Notes under the pieces: generated by a model
Told to the model about the DNA's origin: nothing
Databases searched by the model: none
The model's input: only the letters and a program-made list of their open reading frames with translations
From: an uncultured Clostridia bacterium
GTDB lineage: Bacteria; Bacillota; Clostridia; TANB77; CAG-508
Assembly: GCA_944389745.1 (NCBI GenBank)
Contig: CALXNM010000001.1
Coordinates: 26,815-90,814, forward strand
DNA: 64,000 bases
Direction of reading: 5' to 3'
Shown here: positions 27,586-36,729 of the stretch, piece by piece
Numbering within the stretch: the stretch's first letter is position 1
Layout: each line of letters begins with the position of its first letter
Made by a program: the position numbers and the translations under genes

Positions 27586-27837
27586 ATGAAAAAATTATTT
27601 TTTGATGAATTCAAAACCATGGATAGTTCTATCCAAAATGTTTTATATAAAGGATTAAAATTTTGCTTTGTACTATGTTTAATAGCTACTTTTTCACTTT
27701 CAATTTATTTAACAGTACATAATCCATATTCTTTTTATTTTGGAATTAATATATTCAGCTCGGCCTTGTTCTTTTCTGTATTTTTTGTGATATGTTCTAT
27801 TTTTGTTGATACTATGAAAGTACATAAAAATGATTAA
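27586..27837 (+). CDS. Hypothetical small membrane protein (83 aa, 2 TM)
   Basis: GGAGG RBS lies before ATG 27586, and a terminator follows. Confidence 0.5.
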   Translation: MKKLFFDEFKTMDSSIQNVLYKGLKFCFVLCLIATFSLSIYLTVHNPYSFYFGINIFSSALFFSVFFVICSIFVDTMKVHKND

Positions 27838-27847
27838 AATACATAAT

Positions 27848-27881
27848 AAAGCAACTAATAAAATAATATTAGTTGCTTTTT
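27848..27881 (+). terminator. Rho-independent terminator
   Basis: AAAGCAACTAAT-N8-ATTAGTTGCTTT plus T. Confidence 0.7.
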
Positions 27882-28171
27882 ACATATTATGTTCGTATTT
27901 AGTTAATTGCATAAATGCTAAATAAGAGTATCCTCCTTTCTTACTTTAATATACTAATATTATTTATATATAGGGGTGAATATAGATTTTTTTAAAGTAT
28001 TAATTTATTATTGACTTAAATTAAAACAGACCATTAATTTTTATAGATATAAAAATAGCATATTATGCAATTACAGTTATATTAAACCACACAATATGCC
28101 ATTTTTCAAGTAAAATCGTTCGTCAAATATTGTCATAAATCGACAATTCTTTTACGTATTATTTTATTAAA

Positions 28172-29614
28172 TTATTTGTCTAATTCTTCTTTAAACATTT
28201 TGTTTAACATTTGAGGATTTGCTTTACCCTTTGTCTCTTTCATTGCTTGTCCTACTAAAAATCCTATTGCTTTATCCTTTCCTGCTTTGTAGTCTTCTAC
28301 TGATTTTGGGTTATTTGCTATAACTTTTTCTACAACTTCTTTTATAGCTCCTTCATCAGATATTTGAATCCATCCTTTTTCTTTAATTATTTCTTCTGGG
28401 GCTCTTGGATTTTCAAATAATTCTTCTACAACTTTCTTTCCTATTGCAGAACTAATTGTTCCTTTTTCAATTAGTTCAACTAGTTTTGCTAAATGTTCTG
28501 CTTTAAAAGGAATTGCATCTGGTTCTAATTCTTTTTCATTTAATATTCTAGATACATCAGAAAGTAACCAGTTTGCTACTGCTTTTGCATTACCGCATAT
28601 CTTTTCGGCTGATTCAAACATATTTGATAAATATTTTGAAGCTGTTAAAAGTCTAGCATCTTTTTCAGATAATTTAAAATCGTTTATATATCTTTCTCTT
28701 CTGCTTTCAGGCATTTCTGGTAAATTGTTTTTGATGTTTTCTATATATTCTTCTGAAAGTCTTATTGCAACTAAATCTGGTTCAGGGAAATATCTATAAT
28801 CTTGAGCATCTTCTTTGTCTCTCATAGGAAATGTCTTTCCAGAAACATCATCCCATCTTAATGTTTCTTGCTCGATTTCTCCTCCCTCTTCTATTACATC
28901 TACTTGTCTATCAGCTTCATATTCAATAGCTCTTGTTATAGCTCTAAAAGAGTTCATGTTCTTCATTTCTGTTCTTGTGCCAAATTCTTTGGCTCCTTTT
29001 TCTCTTACAGAAACATTGACGTCAGCTCTAAATGAACCTTCTTGCATTTTACAATCTGATACTTCAATATATTCTAGAATTGATTTTAATTTCTTTAAAT
29101 ATCTATCAACCTCTCCACTTGATCTTAAATCTGGCTCAGAAACTATTTCGATTAAAGGAACTCCAGCTCTATTTAAATCTACTAAACTTCCTCCGCCAAA
29201 TTCATTATGGTTTAGTTTTCCTGCATCTTCTTCTATATGAATTCTAGTAATTCCTATTTTTTTAGGATTTCCTTCATCATCTTCTATTTCAACATATCCA
29301 TGTTCACAAAGTGGTTTATCAAATTGTGATATTTGATATGACTTAGGTAAATCTGGATAAAAATAATTTTTTCTATCATTTTTACTATTTCTTGATATTG
29401 TACAATTTGTAGCTAACCCCGCCTTAACTGCATACTCTACAACTTTTTCATTTAATACTGGAAGAGTTCCTGGCATTGCCATACATATTGGACATGTATG
29501 TGTATTTGGTTCTCCACCAAATTCAGTAGGACATGAACAAAAGATTTTTGTTTTAGTAGAAAGCTCTGCATGTACTTCAAGTCCCATTACTGTTTCAAAA
29601 TCTGATCTTGACAT
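28172..29614 (-). CDS. gatB: Asp/Glu-tRNA amidotransferase subunit B
   Basis: GLEVHAELSTKTKIFC and a full-length GatB pattern with a C-terminal YqeY-like tail. Confidence 0.95.
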   Translation of the reverse strand: MSRSDFETVMGLEVHAELSTKTKIFCSCPTEFGGEPNTHTCPICMAMPGTLPVLNEKVVEYAVKAGLATNCTISRNSKNDRKNYFYPDLPKSYQISQFDKPLCEHGYVEIEDDEGNPKKIGITRIHIEEDAGKLNHNEFGGGSLVDLNRAGVPLIEIVSEPDLRSSGEVDRYLKKLKSILEYIEVSDCKMQEGSFRADVNVSVREKGAKEFGTRTEMKNMNSFRAITRAIEYEADRQVDVIEEGGEIEQETLRWDDVSGKTFPMRDKEDAQDYRYFPEPDLVAIRLSEEYIENIKNNLPEMPESRRERYINDFKLSEKDARLLTASKYLSNMFESAEKICGNAKAVANWLLSDVSRILNEKELEPDAIPFKAEHLAKLVELIEKGTISSAIGKKVVEELFENPRAPEEIIKEKGWIQISDEGAIKEVVEKVIANNPKSVEDYKAGKDKAIGFLVGQAMKETKGKANPQMLNKMFKEELDK

Positions 29615-29632
29615 TATTCTTCCTCCTATCTT

Positions 29633-31102
29633 TTATTTTTTAAACTCAGGTTGATATTTATCTCTAAATTTATATTCCTGTTCAAAAGTATATGCTGCAT
29701 TTAATATTGTTTCTTCTGCAAATTTATTTCCGATTAACTGCATTCCTATAGGCATACCTTCACTATTTACACCGCATGGAATTGATATTCCTGGAAGTCC
29801 TGCAATGTTTACTGAAACTGTACAGATATCTGCCAAATACATTTCTAATGGATTTTCTGATCTAGTTCCAATTTCAAATGCAACTGTTGGTGATGTTGGT
29901 GTTAATAATACATCATATTTTGCAAATGCTTTATCAAATTCTTTCTTTACTAAAGTACGAACTTGTTGTGCTTTTTTATAGTATGCATCATAGTATCCAG
30001 AAGAAAGAACATAAGTACCAAGTATAATTCTTCTTTTTACTTCTGGTCCAAATCCTTCACTTCTTGAATTTCTATATAACTCTCTTAAATTTGTATAATT
30101 CTCTGTTCTATATCCGTATCTTATACCATCAAATCTACCTAAGTTTGAACTTGCTTCGGCACAAGCTATGATATAGTATGTTGCTAAGGCATATTCGGCA
30201 ATATCCAATGAAAATTCTTCAACTTCAGCTCCTAATTTTTTATATATTGCTATTGCTTCTTCTAATTTTTCTTTAACTTCTTCATTGATACCTTCACCAA
30301 AATATTCTTTTGGAATACCTATTTTTAATCCTTTTACATCATTTTTTAGAGCTTTTGTATAATCTTTTTTAGGAACATCATATGATGTAGAATCTCTTTC
30401 ATCATGTCCTGCAATTATATTTAATAGCATTGCTGCATCTCTTACATCTTTTGTAATAGGGCCGATTTGATCAAGTGATGAAGCAAATGCAACTAGTCCA
30501 TATCTTGATACTAATCCATATGTTGGTTTTAAACCAACTACTCCACAGAAAGATGATGGCTGACGAATTGATCCACCTGTATCACTTCCCAATGCCCATG
30601 GTACTAAATCAGCTGCAACTGCTGCAGCACTACCGCCAGAAGATCCTCCTGGTACAGTGCTTAATTTCCATGGGTTTGATGTTTTCTTAAAATATGAATA
30701 TTCTGTAGAAGCTCCCATTGCAAATTCATCCATATTTAATTTTCCTAAATCAATTAAATTTTCATCATTTAATTTTTCTACTACTGTGGCATTATATGGT
30801 GAAATAAAATTTTCTAGCATTCTTGAACTACATGTTGTTTTTACACCTTTTGTGCACATGTTATCTTTTATTCCTATAGGAATACCAGCTAAGCTAGATA
30901 ATTTTTCGCCACTCTTTTTCTTTTCATCAATTTCTTTTGCTTTTTCTAAAGCTTCATCACATAATGTAGTAACAAATGCATTTACGTCTTTTTCTTTATC
31001 ATTTATTCTATCTACATATGCTTTTACAATTTCTTCACTTGTTAATTCATCTTTTTGTAATTTTTCTTGAAGCTCATGCACTGTTAATTTTGTAATATCC
31101 AT
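29633..31102 (-). CDS. gatA: Asp/Glu-tRNA amidotransferase subunit A
   Basis: Amidase signature [13 protein letters not shown] and [14 protein letters not shown]. Confidence 0.95.
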   Translation of the reverse strand: MDITKLTVHELQEKLQKDELTSEEIVKAYVDRINDKEKDVNAFVTTLCDEALEKAKEIDEKKKSGEKLSSLAGIPIGIKDNMCTKGVKTTCSSRMLENFISPYNATVVEKLNDENLIDLGKLNMDEFAMGASTEYSYFKKTSNPWKLSTVPGGSSGGSAAAVAADLVPWALGSDTGGSIRQPSSFCGVVGLKPTYGLVSRYGLVAFASSLDQIGPITKDVRDAAMLLNIIAGHDERDSTSYDVPKKDYTKALKNDVKGLKIGIPKEYFGEGINEEVKEKLEEAIAIYKKLGAEVEEFSLDIAEYALATYYIIACAEASSNLGRFDGIRYGYRTENYTNLRELYRNSRSEGFGPEVKRRIILGTYVLSSGYYDAYYKKAQQVRTLVKKEFDKAFAKYDVLLTPTSPTVAFEIGTRSENPLEMYLADICTVSVNIAGLPGISIPCGVNSEGMPIGMQLIGNKFAEETILNAAYTFEQEYKFRDKYQPEFKK

Positions 31103-31156
31103 TATTTACTTTCCTCCCATCTCTTCTTTATACTTATCCGATTCTCATATCATCAC

Positions 31157-31447
31157 CTAATTAATAACCTTTGGTATTTTAAACATATTTCTTTCTTGCT
31201 CTTTTGCATTCATTAATAATAGTTCATTTTCTTTGAATTCTTTTACTTCATCTTTTCTAAATACATTATACTTATCATTTTCTCCAATTGTTTCTTCTAG
31301 ACCTTCTGTGTTTGCATTATTTACTATATTAGAAAAATTTAGTATGTCTTGTAAGTTTGCTAAATAATTATCTAGCTCATCTTCTTTAATATTTAAATTT
31401 GCTAATTTTGCAATATGCAATAATTCTTCTTTGCTTACATCTGCCAT
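31157..31447 (-). CDS. gatC: Asp/Glu-tRNA amidotransferase subunit C
   Basis: MADVSKEELLHIAKLANLNIKEDEL with a GAGGAG RBS before ATG 31447. Confidence 0.9.
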   Translation of the reverse strand: MADVSKEELLHIAKLANLNIKEDELDNYLANLQDILNFSNIVNNANTEGLEETIGENDKYNVFRKDEVKEFKENELLLMNAKEQERNMFKIPKVIN

Positions 31448-31485
31448 AGTATCACTCCTCACTTTTTTATTTATGTTAATAATCC

Positions 31486-31514
31486 ATGCCAAAAGGGTCT
31501 GTCCCCATTGGCAC
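31486..31514. repeat. GC-rich intercistronic hairpin repeat, copy 2 (aspS-gatC spacer)
   Basis: ATGCCAAAAGGGTCTGTCCCCATTGGCAC. Confidence 0.7.
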
Positions 31515-31522
31515 CGATTGCA

Positions 31523-33268
31523 TTATAAATCTAATTTTATATGAACATCTTTTAATTGTTCTCTTTTTACTTTTCCTGGTGCTCCCATTAGTAAATCTTC
31601 TGCTTTACTATTCATAGGGAATGCAATTACATCACGTATTGTTTCACTTCCTGTTAATAACATTAACATTCTGTCTATTCCAGGTGCTATTCCAGCATGT
31701 GGTGGTGCTCCAAATTGGAATGCATTATATAATGCTGAAAATCTTGTTTCCATTTCTTCCTCAGTATAGCCTGATATTTCAAATGCTTTTATCATTATTT
31801 CTGGGTCGTGGTTTCTTACTGCTCCAGATGATAGCTCTATTCCATTACAAACTATATCATATTGATATGCTAATATTTCTAATGGATTTTTGTTATTCAA
31901 TGCTTCTAGTCCCCCTTGTGGCATTGAAAATGGGTTATGACAAAATGTAATTCTATCATGTTCATCTAATTCATACATTGGGAAGTCTACAATCCAACAG
32001 AATTGGAATGTAGAGTCATCTATTAAATTTAATCTTTTTCCTAATTCAGTTCTTATTTGACCTGCAAGTTCATTTGCCATTTTTTCATAATCTGCTATAA
32101 AGAAGATTGTATCCCCTTTATCTAAGTCAGCTAGTTTTAATAATTCTTTCTTTAATTCTTGTGGTATGAATTTATCAATTGGTCCTTTATATGATAAATC
32201 ATCCTGTACCTCTAAGTAACCAAGTCCACCCATTCCAATTGACATTGCATATTTTAGCATTTTCTCATGAAATCCTTTTGACATATGTCCATTTACTTTT
32301 ATGGCTCTTACTGTTGTGTCTTTAAATGGTTTGAATGTACATTTATTAAAGAAATCTGATAAATCAATAATATATAATGGGTTTCTTAAATCCGGTTTAT
32401 CTGTTCCATATTTAACCATTGCTTCTTTATATGAAATTCTTGGGAATGGATAATTACCAACTTTTTTGTCAGAGAATTTAGTAAATGTATTGTAAATTAC
32501 AGGTTCCATTACACTAAATACATCTTCTTGTGTGGCATATGCCATTTCCATATCTAATTGATAGAATTCACCCGGTGCACGGTCTGCTCTTGCATCTTCA
32601 TCTCTAAAACATGGTGCTATTTGGAAATACTTATCTATACCAGATACCATTAATAATTGTTTGAATTGTTGTGGTGCTTGAGGAAGTGCATAAAATTTTC
32701 CTGGATGAAGTCTACTTGGTACTAAATAGTCTCTTGCTCCTTCTGGTGAAGAACTTGTAAGTATAGGTGTTTGTACTTCTAAGAAACCTTGTTCAATCAT
32801 TTGGCTACGTAAAAATTGTAATACTTTTGCTCTTAATATTAAATTCTTTTGCAATTTAGTAGAACGTAAGTCTAAAAATCTATATTTTAAGCGTAAATCT
32901 TCTCTAACATCTTGATTTTTATTTACTTCAAATGGAAGCATCTTAGTTCTTTTTCCTAAAACAGTGATGTTTTTAATCACAACTTCCACTTCACCTGTTT
33001 CAATATTTGGGTTATATGTTTCTGGATCTCTTTTTCTAACAGTTCCTTCCACACATACACTAGATTCAATCGGAATTCTTGATGAAAAATCAACAATATC
33101 TTCTTTACCAGATGTAACTACTTGAGTAATTCCATACATATCTCTAATATCTAAAAAAACCAAACCTCCCAAGTCTCTAATGGTTTCAACAAAGCCACAA
33201 ATTTTTACCTCTTTACCAACGTCTTCTATACGTAAGCTTCCACATGTGTGAGTTCTAAGACTACTCAT
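31523..33268 (-). CDS. aspS: Aspartate--tRNA ligase (probably non-discriminating, given its linkage to gatCAB)
   Basis: Bacterial-type AspRS pattern (FRDEDARADR, GIDRMLMLL). It is the first gene of the operon. Confidence 0.95.
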   Translation of the reverse strand: MSSLRTHTCGSLRIEDVGKEVKICGFVETIRDLGGLVFLDIRDMYGITQVVTSGKEDIVDFSSRIPIESSVCVEGTVRKRDPETYNPNIETGEVEVVIKNITVLGKRTKMLPFEVNKNQDVREDLRLKYRFLDLRSTKLQKNLILRAKVLQFLRSQMIEQGFLEVQTPILTSSSPEGARDYLVPSRLHPGKFYALPQAPQQFKQLLMVSGIDKYFQIAPCFRDEDARADRAPGEFYQLDMEMAYATQEDVFSVMEPVIYNTFTKFSDKKVGNYPFPRISYKEAMVKYGTDKPDLRNPLYIIDLSDFFNKCTFKPFKDTTVRAIKVNGHMSKGFHEKMLKYAMSIGMGGLGYLEVQDDLSYKGPIDKFIPQELKKELLKLADLDKGDTIFFIADYEKMANELAGQIRTELGKRLNLIDDSTFQFCWIVDFPMYELDEHDRITFCHNPFSMPQGGLEALNNKNPLEILAYQYDIVCNGIELSSGAVRNHDPEIMIKAFEISGYTEEEMETRFSALYNAFQFGAPPHAGIAPGIDRMLMLLTGSETIRDVIAFPMNSKAEDLLMGAPGKVKREQLKDVHIKLDL

Positions 33269-33304
33269 TATACTATCATCCTTTCTATTAATATAAATTT
33301 TTTA

Positions 33305-33545
33305 AAGGGCATAAAAAAATTCCCGTGCATTCAACTTAATGCAGGGACGAAATATTTTCCGCGGTGCCACCCAGCTTGAAAACAATTTTTATCATCATTT
33401 TCCACTTTATAAAAAATATATAGAAATATATATAAATTAAATTGCTCCAATGTGTTGGTGAATTATGTTCTTCTAAAAAAGGCTTTCAGCCCACAACCTT
33501 TTATCTCTGTTAGTAACTTTTAATTCCTCGTCATCTTCAACGCAA
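33305..33545 (-). promoter_or_regulatory. T-box leader (riboswitch) with apparent AAC (Asn) specifier, upstream of aspS-gatCAB
   Basis: The minus strand carries an AGAGA box, a specifier-loop 3' end GAAGAAC-A followed by the helix TAATTC (pairs with GAATTA), the T-box sequence GCTGGGTGGCACCGCG (33360-33375), and a terminator at 33313-33349 with a T-run. Confidence 0.8.
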
Positions 33546-33737
33546 TAGTATTTTTTGATATACATAATACATATTTTACTATAATTTATACAAAAAAGTC
33601 AAGGTTTATGCATGAAGTTTTTAATTTGTACTTAAATTTTTATTACAATTTTTTATAAACATACTCTAAAAAAGATTGAAAGAACCACTAACCAATGATA
33701 TAATTATCAAAACTAATAGCAAAGAAAGAGTAAAAAA

Positions 33738-34652
33738 ATGATATTAGCTTTAATAGTAATAATTTTAATTTCGATAATTATGGGCCTTGTAGCTGGTAAC
33801 TTCTTATTTGATTTAGCATTAAATCCTAAATCTTCAAAAGAAATAATATTTAATAATGATTATGATGAAACATTAGAGCAAAAGAAAAAAGATGATGAAA
33901 AGTGGATTAATGAAAATGCTAAAGAAATATTTATTCAAAATAAGAAAATTAAATTACAAGGTTATGAAGTAAAAAATAGTAAAGAATCTAATATATGGGT
34001 AATTGCTGTTCATGGATATGTTAATTCAGCAATTTCAATGGTACCAAGCTGTAAGCAATTTTTAAGATTTGGCTACAATGTGCTAATGCCAAATCTTAGA
34101 ACACATGGAAAAAGCGGGGGAAAATATATAGGCATGGGATGGCTTGATAGATTAGATTTATTGAAATGGATAGAATATTTAAATAAAGAATATGGAAATA
34201 TAAAAATTATATTATATGGAATATCTATGGGAGCAGCTACTGTAATGATGGCAAGTGGTGAAAAATTACCAAATAATGTTAAGACTATAATAGAAGACTG
34301 TGGTTATACATCAGTATGGGAAGAATTTAGTGGCAAATTAAAAAACTTATTTCATTTACCACAATTTCCAACTTTATACTACGCAAATTTAATAACAAAA
34401 ATAAAAGCAGGATATTCTTTAAAAAAAGCATCAAGTATTAAACAAATAAAAAAATCAGTAACACCAACACTTTTTATTCATGGTGATAAAGATAAATTTG
34501 TACCATTCTATATGCTGGACAAACTATATAATTCAGCTAATTGTGAAAAAGAAAAATTAGTTATTCAAAATGCTGGACATGCAGAAGCACAAGAAATTAA
34601 TCCTGAAAAGTATTGGCGTACTGTTAAAAAATTTATTAAAAGATATATATAA
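33738..34652 (+). CDS. Membrane-anchored alpha/beta hydrolase
   Basis: N-terminal TM helix, the nucleophile elbow GISMGAAT, and late HGDKD / GH residues. Confidence 0.75.
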   Translation: MILALIVIILISIIMGLVAGNFLFDLALNPKSSKEIIFNNDYDETLEQKKKDDEKWINENAKEIFIQNKKIKLQGYEVKNSKESNIWVIAVHGYVNSAISMVPSCKQFLRFGYNVLMPNLRTHGKSGGKYIGMGWLDRLDLLKWIEYLNKEYGNIKIILYGISMGAATVMMASGEKLPNNVKTIIEDCGYTSVWEEFSGKLKNLFHLPQFPTLYYANLITKIKAGYSLKKASSIKQIKKSVTPTLFIHGDKDKFVPFYMLDKLYNSANCEKEKLVIQNAGHAEAQEINPEKYWRTVKKFIKRYI

Positions 34653-34673
34653 ATAGAAAGGGATGGTTATAAA

Positions 34674-35219
34674 GTGCAAAAATTAGATTACGCAATTTTA
34701 TTTGCTACAAAAGCACATGATGGACAAAGGAGAAAATCTGATAATGTAGACATGATATTTCACCCATTTACTGTTGGTATGATATTACAAAGAGCAGGAA
34801 TGAGTGATGATACAGTAATTGCTGGTATTTTACATGATGTTGTTGAAGATACTAAATATACAATAGAAGATATTGAAAATATATTTGGAAAAAATGTTAG
34901 AAACATAGTAGATGAAGTAACAGAAAATAAATCTCTAGAGTGGAAACAAAGAAAAATAGAAGCAATAGAAAAGGTAAGGACTGCAAGTTTTGATGGAAAA
35001 ATGGTTGAATGTGTAGACAAAATAAATAATTTAGAAACTCTATATGACTTACTTGAAGAAAAAGGTGAAGAAGTATGGAAAAGTTTCCATAAACCTCTTT
35101 CAGAGCAAAACTGGTATTATACAGAAATGTATAAAGCTGTAGTAGACAATTTAGAAAATGCAGAAAATAACGAATTAGTAAAAAGATATAAAGAAGTTTT
35201 AGATAAATTATTCAAATAA
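34674..35219 (+). CDS. Small SpoT/RelA-type HD-domain hydrolase (small alarmone hydrolase-like)
   Basis: KAHDGQRRKS...HPFTVGMIL...ILHDVVEDT...IFGKNVRNIVDEVTE matches the (p)ppGpp hydrolase HD-domain pattern. It has a GTG start with a GGGATGG RBS. Confidence 0.75.
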   Translation: MQKLDYAILFATKAHDGQRRKSDNVDMIFHPFTVGMILQRAGMSDDTVIAGILHDVVEDTKYTIEDIENIFGKNVRNIVDEVTENKSLEWKQRKIEAIEKVRTASFDGKMVECVDKINNLETLYDLLEEKGEEVWKSFHKPLSEQNWYYTEMYKAVVDNLENAENNELVKRYKEVLDKLFK

Positions 35220-35240
35220 TAAATGATGGAGGAATGAACA

Positions 35241-35969
35241 ATGATAACAATTACTAAGGCTGATATGCAACAAAGGACAGAAAAAATAAATAGAAACATG
35301 GGAAAAATAAAATCAGGAATAACAGAAAGTACTCCACCTATTTTTGTAGAACTTTTAGGAACTCCTAAAAGTGGGAAAACTACATTATTAAAAAGCCTAA
35401 AAGGACTTTTTTGCAACAATGGAATGCAAATTTTTACAAGAAGAGAAACAGCAGAATATAATCCAGTAGCAAAAGACTCTAAACAATATGATTTATGGAT
35501 GGTATTAGAATTATTTAAAAATTTATTAGATGATATTTCAAATAGACAAGGACAGATAGTTGTTTATGATAGAGGAATTATTGACAGATTAACATGGCTT
35601 GAAAATGCAGTAGAAAATGGAATGATGACAAAACAAGATTTAGAGAAAATAAAAGGGTTATATGACTTAGAAAGTATAAGAAATGGATATAGACCAATAG
35701 CACTTGGATTTATAACTTCACCAGAATTAAGTATAAAAAGAAAAGGATCTGTTGGAAGATATGTAAATCCAGAAACTTTAACTGCATATAATAGAACTCT
35801 TTTAGAAAAACAAGGAGAAATTTCTTCATTATCATCAAGCTATTCGTTAACTAGAACAGATGACTATCAAGGTAGAATAGAAGAATTTATACTAGATAGT
35901 GCAAGTGATTTAACAGAAAAAATTGCTAGACAATTAGAAGTAAGAAAAGGCGAAAGAGAATCAAGATAA
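35241..35969 (+). CDS. P-loop NTPase, deoxynucleoside/nucleotide kinase-like
   Basis: Walker A GTPKSGKTT, an E..YNP segment, a VVYDRGIIDR (DR motif) and a basic lid-like KRKGSVGR. GGAGG RBS is present. The family assignment is tentative. Confidence 0.55.
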   Translation: MITITKADMQQRTEKINRNMGKIKSGITESTPPIFVELLGTPKSGKTTLLKSLKGLFCNNGMQIFTRRETAEYNPVAKDSKQYDLWMVLELFKNLLDDISNRQGQIVVYDRGIIDRLTWLENAVENGMMTKQDLEKIKGLYDLESIRNGYRPIALGFITSPELSIKRKGSVGRYVNPETLTAYNRTLLEKQGEISSLSSSYSLTRTDDYQGRIEEFILDSASDLTEKIARQLEVRKGERESR

Positions 35970-35994
35970 AATATTATTTAAAGAAGGTAACAAA

Positions 35995-36672
35995 ATGGAA
36001 AAAGGAAAATTATTTGTAATAGATGGAACTGACGGAAGTGGTAAACAAACACAACTTCAAAAATTAAAAGATAGATTTGATAAAGAAGGAATTGAATATA
36101 AATCAGTAAGCTTCCCAAATTATGATAGCCCGTCATCAAGTTTAGTAAAAATGTATTTAAATGGAGATTTTGGAACAGACCCTTTAAAAATCAGTCCATA
36201 TATAGCATCAACATTTTATGCAGCAGATAGATATGCAACATTCAAGACTGGATATGAAGAATACTATAACAACGGAGGCATAATTCTAGCAGATAGATAC
36301 ACAACTTCAAATATGGTACATCAAGCAGGAAAAATAAAAGAAGATAGCGAAAGAGAAAAATTTTTAAATTGGTTGTGGGATTTTGAATTTAATTTATATG
36401 GATTACCAGTTCCTACAAAAGTTATATTTTTAAATATGCCAACAGAATGTGCTGAAGAATTAATGAAAAATAGAGCAAATAAAATAACACATGAAGAAAA
36501 GAAAGATATACATGAAAGAAATAAATCACATTTACAAGATGCATATAATGAAGCTTGTAAATTAGTAAAAAAATATGATTGGTGTGAAATACACTGTGTA
36601 GAAAATAAAAAAATAAAAACAATTGAAGAAATTCATGAAGAAGTATTTTCTAATGTAAAAAAATATTTATAA
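35995..36672 (+). CDS. Thymidylate kinase-like protein (type I / eukaryote-like FPxY...DRY pattern)
   Basis: FVIDGTDGSGKQTQ P-loop, FPNYDSPSSSLVKMYL, and ADRYTTSN. Confidence 0.72.
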   Translation: MEKGKLFVIDGTDGSGKQTQLQKLKDRFDKEGIEYKSVSFPNYDSPSSSLVKMYLNGDFGTDPLKISPYIASTFYAADRYATFKTGYEEYYNNGGIILADRYTTSNMVHQAGKIKEDSEREKFLNWLWDFEFNLYGLPVPTKVIFLNMPTECAEELMKNRANKITHEEKKDIHERNKSHLQDAYNEACKLVKKYDWCEIHCVENKKIKTIEEIHEEVFSNVKKYL

Positions 36673-36683
36673 TGTTTAAGTAA

Positions 36684-36716
36684 AAAAGAGACGTCCTCAA
36701 TTTGGTCGTCTCTTTT
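36684..36716. terminator. Bidirectional terminator between the plus-strand operon and adhE
   Basis: AAAAGAGACG-N13-CGTCTCTTTT. Confidence 0.65.
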
Positions 36717-36729
36717 ATTAATTTGTTTT

